Assembly (NCBI RefSeq): GCF_006345805.1
Contig: NC_043002.1
Coordinates: forward strand, 116,374,001 to 116,438,000
Direction: 5' to 3'
Source: Octopus sinensis
Lineage: Eukaryota
DNA length: 64,000 nucleotides
The translations under genes were made by a program, and so were the position numbers. The notes beneath the pieces were generated by a model, which did no database searches, was not told where the DNA came from, and worked only from the letters and a program-made list of their open reading frames with translations. Shown in pieces: positions 50,587 through 62,446 of this stretch (position 1 is the stretch's first letter; each line of letters opens with the position of its first letter).

Positions 50587-53500
50587 TGTTGTGATGAGAA
50601 GGGTTTCGAAGCTTACGTAGGTTATTTAACAATTTGTTCGTGATACCTGTTTTAAAAAATGGAAGACCTATTAGCTTCCATAGTGAAGTTTCAAAAGCAA
50701 CAAGAGCAGCCACAGGAGTGGCAGAAGCAACTATTACAGCAACAACTACAACAACAATTATTGGAACTATATTCAGAGAAGTTCAAAGATGAGATAAGTT
50801 CGTTTTCGTCCCACGGCGTTTCGAACTCGATTAATGAATTCAGTTATAACTCAGAGGAGAGTATAACTTTTGCATCTTACTACAGAAGGTACGCGAAGAT
50901 TTTTAATCAAGATTGCAAATCCTGGTTGGGCGAACAAAAAGCGAGATTGTTATTGCGAAGATTAGCTCCGTTAGAGCATGGACGCTACTGTAATTTCATA
51001 TGGCTAAAAAAGCAAAACCCAATGAAATTTATTTTAAAGAAACAATAGAATTACTGTCTTCGGGGATAAAACCTCTCTATTTAACACTTGAATGGTGTGT
51101 TGGAATATAACGAAAAAAGAGAACGATGCTTTTATTATGTACGCAAGAACAGTCAACAGGATGTGTGAAAGTTTTAGACTCAAAGAACCTGAGATATTCA
51201 AGTGTCTTATTTTCATACAAGGCCTTACAGCAAACGAAGATACAGAAATTCGGCCCTGAATTCTTTCTAAATTGGAACAAGCGAACCAAGATCTAACCTT
51301 ACGGTCCGTGGCAGGAGAATTCCAAAGGATGGTAAACCTGAAACACGAATTAGAAAAAATTCAAGAAAAGGATTCCTCAAAAATACAGATACGCCGACCG
51401 GAAAAGTACAATAAAAAAGAACCCCACGTCCTAATCCATGTTATAGATGTGGGGACACGCATTTAAAAAAAGACTATCCATTTAAAATAAAAAATGTTAT
51501 AGTTGCAAACGAATTGGTCACAAGAGTTCACACTGCAGAACAAAATTATGAAGGTCAAACGCTAAAAATCCTAGAGTGCTCTCAGCAGAAACAAAAATCG
51601 ACTCCCAAATAAGAAAATTCATACACATAAAAATAAATGGAATACATATTAAACTTCAATTGGATACTGGAAATGATATTTCAATAATAAATATGGACAC
51701 ATGGAAGAAAATATGGAAACCTATGTTGAGAAAAGCAGCGAAATCTGCTTGTAGCGTGTCGGGCGATAAATTACATCTGATAGGCGAAATGTGGACTGTC
51801 ACATTTTGAGGGAAAACAGGCAAGACGAAAGTGTTCGTCGTTAAAAATGCAACCGATCTGTTTGGTATCGGTTGGTTAGAATTATTCGATTTATGGGACC
51901 TTTCCATAAATCTCTATTGTAAAAACCTTAATGATTGTCCCTCTAAAAATAATTTTAAAAGAGAAAATTTTAAAAAAGTTTCCACAAGTACTCTCGAACA
52001 AATTAGGTCTATGCACAAAGACTGAAGCGTGTTTTGAATTAGATGATAACGTTACACCTGTGTTCAAGCCTAATAGGAAAGTGCCTTTTGTGGCAATAAA
52101 ACAAGTGAACAATGAGTTGGACAGATTGAAAAAATCAGAAAGATTGAAAAAGGGGATTACGCGAGATAGGCAGCTCCGACTGATGTGTAAAAGATAAAAA
52201 TAATAAAATTAGGTTGTGTGCCGATTTTTCGACCGGTTTAAACGACTGTTTAAAAATTAAAAAATAAACTATTATCCACTACCGACCTCAGAAACGAAGG
52301 AAAATTATTTTCAAAACTCGATCTGTATGACGCATATCTACAAATCAAAGTAGATTAAAAACTGCTCAAAGCTGTTAACAGTCAACACGCGCAGAGGTCT
52401 ACGTTTTGGACTGAAGGTAGGACCTGCAATATTTCAACAAGCGATGGATGCGATGTTGGCAGACTATCAATTTACTATTCCATACCTTGATGAGGTGTTA
52501 ATCAAAAGTGAATTGCGGAATGTGCATATCGATCAGGTGAAGTGTGTCTTTCAAAAAAATCAAGGATTATGGGTTCATACTCAGTGAAGAGAAATGTGAA
52601 TTTTTTCGCCTAAAATCAAATACCTACGTCAAATCATAGATAAGAATGGGGGACTACTGACCTGTTGAGGGCAGACGCAATCAAGAATGTGCCTCCTCCA
52701 ACGAATATACCGACATTACAGCTTTCTACTCGAGTTATTTGTTCGGTACGGTGCTCCAGACACGTTAGTTTCAGATAACGGAACACAATTCACGGGATAA
52801 GAATTCAGAAATTTCTGCAAAATACACGCCATAAAGCACATGTTTACCCCGCCCTACCACCCGAGGTCAAATGAACAGGCGGAAAGATTTATCGACACGT
52901 TCAAAGGAGCTCTAAGAAGAGCTGGGAACGAGTTAGCTAATGACGAGGCACTAACGGAATTTTTCAGACTCTATAGAATAACGCCAAATCCAAATACTAA
53001 TTCAAGAAAGTCACCAGCAGAGTTAATAAAATCGATCTTAGATAAATTATTGCCAGGAAAAAATACATATAAAGGAAAGACAAACAATACGTTTGGAGGT
53101 AATGCAAGAAATATTACAAAACATTTCGAAGTAGAGATAAAGTTCATTTAAAAAAAACATAAGAGAAACCGTAACCAATTAAAGATGAGAGATACAGAAG
53201 ATCTAAAGGTGATGCCAATGGAAATCTATATGTTGAAGTACCAGCACCGAAAGATATCGAACCCCGTAGAACTAGCTTCAGAAAACGAAAACAGACTGAA
53301 TATCTGTGTGCAATGAACGCTACTGCCTTAAAAGTCGGGCAACAATTAAGGTACAACAACTAAAAAAAAACAGGAGGGAGAGGTGCTGGAGAGAAAAACA
53401 AATAAGAATAAAAGAAATTCCACTTTCTCTCAGTAGTCGAAATCTCAAAAGGAGAGATGTTGTGATGAGAGTTACGTCTCCCCCTTGCGAGAGATAGACT

Positions 53501-53723
53501 GGTCCGAGTAAATTATAAATAATAACGATCAGAGTGAGTTCGAAGTTCAGATTTCGAAATCGAGTGACGTTCGTGTTAGTTCGCAGTGAAGTCAGAAGGT
53601 GTCAGTTTTGTTAGTTCACAAGGAATATTGATTGCTGGTTCGCAAAGATAATTGTTAGTTCATTACGTTGTTTCTACTGTTGTCTGGTTATCTTATTTAT
53701 CGTACGTAACAAATTACGTTACA
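50587..53723 (+). mobile_element. Decayed Ty3/gypsy LTR retrotransposon
   Basis: gag (ITFASYYRRY..KARLLLRRL), protease LDTG, RT (RLCADFSTGLN, YLDEVL), integrase (LVSDNGTQF, PPYHPRSNEQAERF); polypurine tract then LTR tgttgtgatgag..aca at about 53459-53723; remnant 5' LTR start tgttgtgatgag at 50587. Confidence 0.9.
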
Positions 53724-53995
53724 GTAATCACAGGTGTAGTAAGCAGTAGAAGAGCCACAAATGCATCCTTGTTGCTGAATACACGAATACGTGTTTAAGA
53801 AAACTCGAATTACGGAACCCAACATGTACGAAAAACAAAAAAAACTGTCCATAAATTAATAGGAAGAGCATATTTCAAAACATCAGAATGAGAAACTGCC
53901 TTGTAAACATGACGCACAGTAATACATTTTCCCCTTGGTTGTCCTTAATTTTAGAAGTAGTCACCACAATTAGCGATAACACAGGACAAGAAGTA

Positions 53996-54428
53996 GAATT
54001 ATGCAGGAAAATACTGGTTTCAAGTTTTGGCACAAGGCCGGCAATTTCGGGAGATTACAACGACCCTAATGTTCAACTGCTACTTATTTTATCGATCCGG
54101 AAAGGATGAAGTCAACCTCGGTAGAATTTGAACTCGGAACATAAAGACAGACGAAATACCACTCAGCATTTCTTTGAGCAGCGTGCTAACGATTCTTATT
54201 TCTTTACTACCCACAAGGGGCTAAACACAGAGGGGACAAACAAGGACAGACAAACGGATTAAGTCGATTACATCGACTCCAGTGCGTAACTGGTACTTAA
54301 TTTATCGACCCCGAAAGGATGAAAGGCAAAGTCGACCTCTGCGGAATTTGAATTCAGAACGTAACGGCAGACGAAATACCGCTAAGTATTTCGCCCGGCG
54401 TGCTAACGATTCTGTCAGCTCACAACCT
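53996..54428 (-). mobile_element. Two tandem Nin-type SINEs
   Basis: tttatcgaccccgaaaggatgaaaggcaaagtcgacctc in the second copy; related core in the first. Confidence 0.85.
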
Positions 54429-54429
54429 T

Positions 54430-54725
54430 ACATATAAGGAAAATAGTTGACCGTGCTACAATTTTATGTAGATTTCCTAACACACAAACATCCTGCCACA
54501 AAGTAAGAATAATAGTGGATGCTTTACTAATACCAAAATACAAACCAAAAATCAACTTAGGCCACGACAGAGAGAGAGAGAGGTGGGGAGGGAGAGAGGG
54601 AGAGAGAGAGGATGTTCTTGAAGCCGAGAATTTCGACGTACTTTACATATCACCTGAGGAAACAACTAGATCTCATAATGCAGAGAAATGTTTGTATAAT
54701 GAAATACCTGCACGCCTGGAGAAGT

Positions 54726-54764
<39 letters not shown>

Positions 54765-55480
54765 ACAAACGATGGATACGCGTCACTTTCTTGCAGCTTT
54801 TTCCAACGGCTTTCTTGTTATTTATTTGTTCATAATACACCTCACTGGAATCCCGGCTCGTCAGGTATTCTGGAGTGTACCAAATACCGTACGACTAATA
54901 CGGATTAGCCCTTAGGCTATTAAAATACTCTTAAGGGTTAAATTCTCTGTATGCATAACCTGGCTTTTTCACTGGATGTACTTCGTTTCTCGTGAAATTT
55001 ATTCAGCTAAATGTGGGTGTTTACAAGTGAATACAACTCAATTTGGTGCCAATAATTTAAGTACATTATTCCTTTGAATCGTTAATATAGGAAACTCTTT
55101 AATAGGCATAACCTAAAAATTAGTTTTAGTTCAATCCCAGATATAATTACACACAATGCAGCACAGCAACACGAAGCCAGCTGTTCCTGCAGAGATAAAT
55201 ACTTGTGCCAGCTAAATGGAGCATGTATGACCGAGGCCATTATTTATGAAGACGCCGTAAACTCTACGAACGTTAATAGCATAGTTTCATCCAAGAGACA
55301 CGTGGGTCTCACATAAGGAAATTTCAAAGCAAGGTTCAACAATCACACCTTAAGATTCGGACACTGGAATAAACGAAAAACCTGCTACATGCCTAAATTC
55401 AAGAGCAGAACTTTTTGGATTATGTCCACTTGTGAAAAGATACCTATTACGGTTTAGGGCACTCCACGATCACGGCTAGA
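54430..55480 (+). mobile_element. Penelope-like GIY-YIG relics and pseudo-LTR pieces
   Basis: DALLIPKYKPKIN (about 54515-54560); IIYE..HVGLT*GNFKARFNNH (about 55240-55350). Confidence 0.55.
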
Positions 55481-55699
55481 ATCTATATTTTTACTATGTT
55501 CCTGTACAAGCTTCCCATTTGTCTAAACTTTTTTAATTTTTAATTTTTTAAATATATTCTTTCAATTTTTCTTTTTTTTCCTTTTTGTGTGAATATGTAC
55601 GTGTGTCAGTATATGTATATTCATGTATATATTCTATATGTATATGTGTGCGCGTGTGTAGGTGTGTGACAGGAAGATGTATATGTATTTATATATACA

Positions 55700-55732
<33 letters not shown>

Positions 55733-55783
55733 TATATATATATATACGTGTATGCGGAGTGTGAATGTATGCCTGTATATATA

Positions 55784-55857
<74 letters not shown>

Positions 55858-56256
55858 GTATATTTATATGCATAAATGTCTAAATATATATGCATCATGT
55901 TACGTGTATGCATGCAAACACCTATATGTATATGAAGATAAAGTTGCGTACACATATATGTGTGTGTGTGCGCGTGTGTGTATGGATATGTGCGCTTGTA
56001 TAAATAGTACATACGCATATATGTTTGTGTATGTGCATGTACGCATACATGTATCTGTGTGTACGTATGTAGACGTTATGAACGCAAGAGGTTTATATGT
56101 ATGCATTGTGAGAATATGGTTGCGTGTATTTTTTTAATCTTATTTCTTTTTTCTTTTTCTACGTATCAGCGTAACGTCCCTTTTATTCACCGGTTTTTCA
56201 TAGCCGACAAGAATGCGAAACTCTGAGTACCATAATGACAACTTACTGTTTGTTCT

Positions 56257-56297
<41 letters not shown>

Positions 56298-56427
56298 TCA
56301 TCGTCGTAACCGACGGATTGTCATTTGTGTTATTATTATATATAGATATATGCAACCATGCCTATATGTCTATATACGCATGTATTAACATATAAATACA
56401 TATATACATTATATATATTATAACCTG

Positions 56428-56922
56428 TGGAGGCGCAATGACCCAGTAGTTAGGGCAGCGGACTCGCGGTTTCGATTCCCTGACAGGGCATTGTGAGTGT
56501 TTATTGAGCAAAAACACGTAAAAGCCCCACGAGGCTCCGGTAGGGCGTGGTGGTGAACCCTGCTGTACTCTTTCACCACAACTTTCTCTCACTCTTTCTT
56601 CCTGTTTCTTTTGCACCTGTATTTCAAAGGGCCAGCCTTAACACAGTCTGTGTCACGCTGAATCTCCCCGAGAACTACGTTAAGGGTACACGTGTCTGTG
56701 GAGTGCTCAGCCACTTGCACAATAATAAATGAGCTGCGGCGTCACTGGTGCCAAGCTGTATCGGCCTTTGCCTTAGCCTTGGATAACATTGGTGGCGTGG
56801 AGGGGCGAGGCAGGTATGTTTGGTCAACTGCTGGTCTTCCATAAACAACCTTGCCCTGACTTGTGCCTCGGTGGGTAACTTTCTAGGTGCAATCCCATGG
56901 TCATTAATGACTGAAGGGGGTC
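56428..56922 (+). mobile_element. tRNA-derived SINE, same head as 31200 copy, different 3' part
   Basis: About 290 bp shared with 31200-31505, then an unrelated approximately 200-bp tail. Confidence 0.85.
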
Positions 56923-57474
56923 ACACAAAATTATAACACGAAATTATATTATTACATTCTAGTGAATGGTATATTTATTTTGAAATTTCGCAGGTCGTAT
57001 GAATATTTTGTAAGTTTCAAGCTCTTGAGAGTGCAGTGAAAGGTGACTAAAAGGAGTTCATGTTTGGCTATGGCTCAGCGGTTTTAAGAGAACTGTGGAT
57101 GACTTGTTGGTATGATAGCAAAAAAATGCAGCATGGTGATTTGGTGTTCGCGTGAGTTTTCTTGTATGTGTGTATCGGTGTGGGGTTGTAAATATATTGT
57201 TTTGGAAACAACATGTCTGGACAATGTAGAGACTGAAAACAAAATACTGAGCTCTTCTCATCAGTGGTGGTCAGTGTGCGAACTGAAAGAAAAGTAATGA
57301 GCCGCTGGATAATAACGATGTGGGATGTTAAGTCGTCGGCTCTAATTGACTACTGATGCGTGCGCGAATGTTATGCGTATATCTATGCATGTGTGCGTGT
57401 GTGTGTGCGCGTGTATACATATCAGTGTGTGATAGGTATAACGTTTATATCATCTCGTATTTTATACTTGCCAG

Positions 57475-57645
57475 CGTTAGTTGGTGAAAAAGGACACGTG
57501 GAATTAGATTTCTTTCGAGATGCTGCCGAAATTTTGCTCAGAAACACGACAGAATATGAAGAGCAAGAAAACTGTACTATTCAATTTATACCTTTGGAAT
57601 TTGATTTGAATAACGCCTCCAATGTACTACAGAATCTTACACATG
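57475..57645 (+). CDS. iGluR-like gene exon 2 (ATD)
   Basis: Acceptor ttgccAG, donor GTAAAA, phase 1-1; ALVGEKGHVELDFFRDAAEILLRNTTEYEEQENCTIQFIPLEFDLNNASNVLQNLTH with four N-glycosylation sequons. Confidence 0.82.
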
Positions 57646-57676
57646 GTAAAATTTTACTATCTTGTTAATATTTTAT

Positions 57677-57716
<40 letters not shown>

Positions 57717-57890
57717 TATCTATTTAATTAATAATAATACTTTTATTTGAAATATTCTTTGTTTCGTAACGGCTTAACTAAAAGACTATAATATATTGTT
57801 CACGTAATTTGTTTAATGACAATTTTAAATACATATTCTTTTGCGAAATGATCAGTTAGCATTATATGTATATGAATATTTGTGTGTGCA

Positions 57891-57945
<55 letters not shown>

Positions 57946-57986
57946 ACATATATATATACATATATATATGTATATATATATATATG

Positions 57987-58023
<37 letters not shown>

Positions 58024-58772
58024 TTGTATGTATGTATATTTACTAAATTCGAGGCTGTCAGGTCCTCATTAGGGATTAAATAATCAAAAAACTTCATTGT
58101 TTAATCATTATCATATAAGGAGAAAGTCTTGATGATAAGTTAGGGTTTATTATAGCAATACATATTGTTAATAATGAAAGAAAGAAAATGGAGAATTATG
58201 GATGTATAATTAATTTATTTGTATATTATGAGGCTGAATTTGTTTTTTATTAAAACAATACAAATAAACTATAAATTATAAGGCTAAAAAATGGCAGATG
58301 CCAAAGACCTACATATATGTTTGGATTTATGCCCCTAGGTGATTCGTAAGTCTAAGCATTTGGGTAGGGTCAAATGTTAAAAATTGGTTATCATTTTCAA
58401 CTATGTGGAGCAGAATCACACCGGGGCTTTATGAGCGTACACATCTTAACGGTCAGATATTTCAAACTTTTGTCTATACTTGATTGATGTGAACACTGGG
58501 CATCCATATATTTCCTGAACTGTATCAATTACCAAACCAATGAAAATAACGGTCGGCTAATTATTTTTTTACTATTTAGCTTATCCTTCATTTATTTTAT
58601 CACATCATTTTTCTTCCGTTGGATTTTTAAGAATTGTTCTTTCTTTTTATTTAAATTTATATATTATATATGTTACATACATATTTTATCTTTTATCTTC
58701 TTACTTTACCTTTTTATTTTTATGTTATTTTATTTTATAATTCCCTAGTTAAATGCATACGCATAATATATA

Positions 58773-58993
58773 TTTCTTCACTACCCACAAGGGGCTAAAC
58801 ACAGGGAGGACAAACAAGGACAGACAAAGTCGATTATATCGACCCCAGTGCGTTACTGGTACTTAATTTATCGACCCCGAAAGGATGAAAGGCAAAGTCG
58901 ACCTCGGCGGAATTTGAACTCAGAACGTAACAGCAGATGAAATACGGCTACGCATTTCGCCCGGCGTGCTAACGATTCTGCCAGCTCGCCGCC
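58773..58993 (-). mobile_element. Well-preserved Nin-type SINE inside the inverted-repeat spacer
   Basis: Reverse complement ggcggcgagctggcagaatcgttagcacgccgggcgaaatgc..gtcgactttgcctttcatcctttcggggtcgataaa. Confidence 0.9.
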
Positions 58994-59087
58994 ATTTCCC
59001 ATAATATAATATATATGATTTAGCTTCTTAAACTACTTCGTAATTCGTCTGCGTCCTTTCAAGAAATATGATAACCTTTGTTATCAT

Positions 59088-59215
59088 AAAGTCCTGATGA
59101 AATTCTGCCCCACATAGTTGAAAATGGTAACTAATTCTTAAGATTTGAGCCAACCCAAATGCTTAGAATTACGAATCACTTAGGGGTATGAATAGAAACA
59201 TATATGTAGGTCTTT
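59088..59215 (+). ncRNA. Type I hammerhead ribozyme, sense to the gene, extended helix II
   Basis: aaaguc-CUGAUGA-a-auuc-ugcccc..gggguau-gaau-a-GAAAC-auauau-GUA-ggucuuu; palindromic helix III; helix I with a wobble and a bulge. Confidence 0.6.
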
Positions 59216-59346
59216 GGCGTCTGCCATTTCTTTATGATTTATAATTTATTCGTATTGTTTTTATAAGAAAAATTTTAAACCTCATAATATCAAACAAATA
59301 AATCAATTATACATCCATTATTCTCCATTTTCTTTCTTTCATTATT

Positions 59347-59438
<92 letters not shown>

Positions 59439-59474
59439 TGTATATGTATATCTGGTTCAACATCTTTATTACAG

Positions 59475-59723
59475 CACATAGACTCTTCAAGCAGAGCGAA
59501 GTGGATGTTGCCATAGGTCCATTTATTGACCATTTCACTTCACCAAACTACGTTATTATGGAACCAACATGTCATTATTTAACAACATCATCAGCTTATG
59601 TTCGCAAATCCGAAAACAAAGACCGCATCCGTACATTACTTCCGGATTTAGAAGATTTTTCGACCGCAGTGGCCAAAGTGATGGAGAAACTTGGATGGAA
59701 ACAAGTTGTCTTTTTGTCCGATG
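59475..59723 (+). CDS. iGluR-like gene exon 3 (ATD)
   Basis: Acceptor tttattacAG, donor GTTAGT, phase 1-1; AHRLFKQSEVDVAIGP..LLPDLEDFSTAVAKVMEKLGWKQVVFLSD matches the ANF-receptor/LIVBP pattern (V.AI.GP; P......AL..L...W..V). Confidence 0.88.
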
Positions 59724-59759
59724 GTTAGTGTAATTTTGTGTTTCTAATTCACAAAAATA

Positions 59760-60480
59760 TCTTTTATCTTTTATTTGTTTCGGTCATTGGAATGCTTCTA
59801 TAGTGTGGCACTGCTTTGAAGGGTTTAGACCAGGGGTGCTCAACCATTTTCATCTTTTGATCCCTTTCATTACTATTTTATTCTGGTGGACCCCCATAGC
59901 CATTTGATGTTTAAAAATAAGTTTTAAATTCCTGCTTTGTTTTTCACACATTAACTTGTGTATGTTGAACAATGTAAAATGTTAGAGAAACAATCCTAGC
60001 TGTTTCTTGCAATACATACCAATACATACATCTAAAGCAACAAGTGGATCCTTAATTTACTATTTTGTTACGTTCACTACCCAACAAGGTCCATATGGAC
60101 CCCGGTTGAGAACCACTAGTTTAGACGAACAAATCAACCCTAGAACTTATATTAAAGCCTGGTACTTATTCTCTAAGCCCAACTGCTAAATTTCGGCGGC
60201 ATAACCAAACGAACACCGACTGGCATGCGGTAGTACGGGACAAATATAAACAAATACCCATGATGCACTTGCACGCAAGAATGTGCGCGCGAACACACAC
60301 ACACACACACACATTCATATATGAAAAGGATTTCTTTCCGTTTCCGTCTACGAAATCCACTCAAGGCTTTGCTTTACTCGAGGATATGATACAAGGAACT
60401 TACCCAAGGTGGTGTTCAAGGTGACTGAACCCAAGACCACATGGTTAAGAACTAAGTTTCTGACTACACAACCACGCTTG
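59760..60480 (-). mobile_element. SINE (CORE-like family) interrupted by an approximately 290-bp insert with inverted ends
   Basis: SINE blocks at 59765-59827 and 60120-60480; insert bounded by gaccaggggtgctcaacc / ggttgagaaccactagtt. Confidence 0.6.
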
Positions 60481-60599
60481 CAATATAATAAACATTTATT
60501 ATTTCTCAGTATTTAATGATCGGCATGATAGAAATATTTAGCGCAGGAAAAGCCCTATTTGTGAACGGAGTTCCCCACAATAACAAAAATTTTATTCAT

Positions 60600-60904
60600 T
60601 ATTCTTTTATCTTCGATCTTTTGTTTGTTTCTGTCGTTGGACTGTGACAGTGCTATAGCGCTGCCTAGAAGAGTTTAGTTGAATGAAGCCTGGTGCTTAT
60701 TCTATCGGACTTTTGTTGCCGAACCACTAAGTTACGGGGACGTAAACAAAGCAAGAGCGGTTGTTAAGGTGTGGTGGGGAATAAAAACAAAACCAAGGAC
60801 ACACACACACACACACGCACAGATAGCACCCACACACCAACACCCACACCCACACATATATATACATACATACATACATATATACATACTCAAATGCATA
60901 TCTA

Positions 60905-60957
<53 letters not shown>

Positions 60958-61080
60958 CCCATCCATGTGATCGGCTTTCAGTTACCGTCTATCAAATTAT
61001 AAGACTGTCATTCCTGTCACGCAACGGGACTGAAACCGGAATTGTGGGACCTGGAAGCAAACTTTCTACCACACAGTCAT
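60600..61080 (-). mobile_element. tRNA-derived SINE (CORE-like family)
   Basis: Family blocks, with a microsatellite insert. Confidence 0.75.
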
Positions 61081-61319
61081 TTGCATTCTTCTTAAGTTTG
61101 AATTTCCTTGATTTCTCCCACTCAGTTCTATCTATGTGAACACAAGAAAAAATGAGACAGATTTAACGAAGTTTGCTTCCCTACCGCATCGTTTTGGGTT
61201 CTGACCTACTGCGTGGCATCTTCGGAAAGTGTGTATGTCGATGGTTCGTTCAAAAAACCTTGGCGGATTTGACTGACGGAAATTGAAAGAAGTCAGATAT
61301 ATATGCATACTCTTCACCC

Positions 61320-61698
61320 TTTTACTATTTTACTTGTTTCAGTCATTTGACTGCGGCCATGCTGGACTTTAGTCGAGCAAATCGACCTCAAGACTTATTC
61401 TTTGTCAGCCTAGTACTTATTCTATCGGTCTCTTTTGCCGAACCGCTAAGTTACGGGGACGGACACACACCCATCGGTTGTCAAGCAATGATGGGGGGAC
61501 AAACACAAACGCAGAAACATATCCACAGACATACATATATATACATATATACGACGGGGCTTCCTTCAGTTTCCGTCTACCAAATCCACTAACAAGGCTT
61601 TAGTAGAAGACTCTAGGCCAAGGTGCCACGCAATGAGAATGAACCCGGAACCATGTGGTTGGTAAGCAAGCTACTTACCACGCAGCCACTCCTGCGCC
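61320..61698 (-). mobile_element. Well-preserved tRNA-derived SINE (CORE-like family)
   Basis: Ends cttaccacgcagccactcctgcgcct. Confidence 0.88.
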
Positions 61699-61931
61699 TA
61701 TGTGCATGTTTGTGTCTGTCTCGCACATATATGATTGCACAATATATGTTTGTGTATTTATGCGTGCTTGCCTTTATACATCGGTACATATATGACAAAG
61801 TTCAGAATATTTTTATATTTTTTAAATATAAAATGTAGCTACTCTGTTTGAATTCCGCTTTACCCTTATTATTAAACGTGTTTCTTTGATATCTGAACAA
61901 ATGTTGAAAATGTACGTCTCTATTTTCCCAG

Positions 61932-62125
61932 ATGACTTTTCACCTATTTTAAAGCTTCGGGAATCGAATATATTGGTGAATCCAATTTTGTTACCATCAA
62001 TGCATCATCTGGGCAGTGGCCATGATCCACTTTATGAAACACTTCGTACGTTAAGAAGTTCGGAATGGCCTAATTTTGTGTTGCATTCTAGCAATTTAGG
62101 TATTGTCAGGAAAGTGTTGAAAAAG
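61932..62125 (+). CDS. iGluR-like gene exon 4 (ATD)
   Basis: Acceptor tattttcccAG, donor GTAAGA, phase 1-0; DDFSPILKLRESNILV..LYETLRTLRSSEWPNFVLHSSNLGIVRKVLKK. Confidence 0.85.
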
Positions 62126-62242
62126 GTAAGAAGACTTTGCACTTTACATTCTCCATTGTTTGATGCCATCCTCACATAACGCTTTTTATTTTTAGTTGTA
62201 GCCAGAAGCTATTATTGCAAGCAGTGATATAAAAAATGATAA

Positions 62243-62318
62243 AAGTTTGAGTACTGTACTTTGACATACAAATATGGTAGAAGTTTGAGTACTGTACTTT
62301 GACATACAAATATGGTAG
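62243..62318. repeat. Perfect 38-bp tandem duplication
   Basis: aagtttgagtactgtactttgacatacaaatatggtag x2. Confidence 0.95.
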
Positions 62319-62446
62319 AACCACATCAGTTGAATCTGATATTCTTAATTAAGAGAGTACGGAGAATTAGAGAATTTGAAAATTCTCGATACATGTTATC
62401 AGTTTTGATTACTCGTTTAAAATATGCTTATAGGAAACAGCTCAAA

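Larger units (their letters stand above)
58165..59352. repeat. About 210-bp inverted arms (58165-58378 / 59143-59352) of a pseudo-LTR-like module
   Basis: gccaaagacctacatatatgttt / aaacatatatgtaggtctttggc; taatgaaagaaagaaaatggagaat / attctccattttctttctttcatta. Confidence 0.85.

Noticed and set aside
54834-54869. Hammerhead relic aauac-CUGACGA-gccgg-gauu-ccagu-GAGG-u-guauu (minus)
   Set aside because: Helices I and II are visible, but GAAA is mutated and helix III with the cleavage triplet is deleted, so it cannot be active.
56195-56240. Possible hammerhead relic ccgacaa..GAAAC-ucuga-GUA (plus)
   Set aside because: Two core mismatches and a poor helix I; too degenerate to call.
62196-62270. 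Candidate small exon 5 after tttttag/ttgtag
   Set aside because: The first acceptor gives an immediate TAG; the second gives a peptide unlike the iGluR continuation and has no good donor. The next exon is probably beyond the window.
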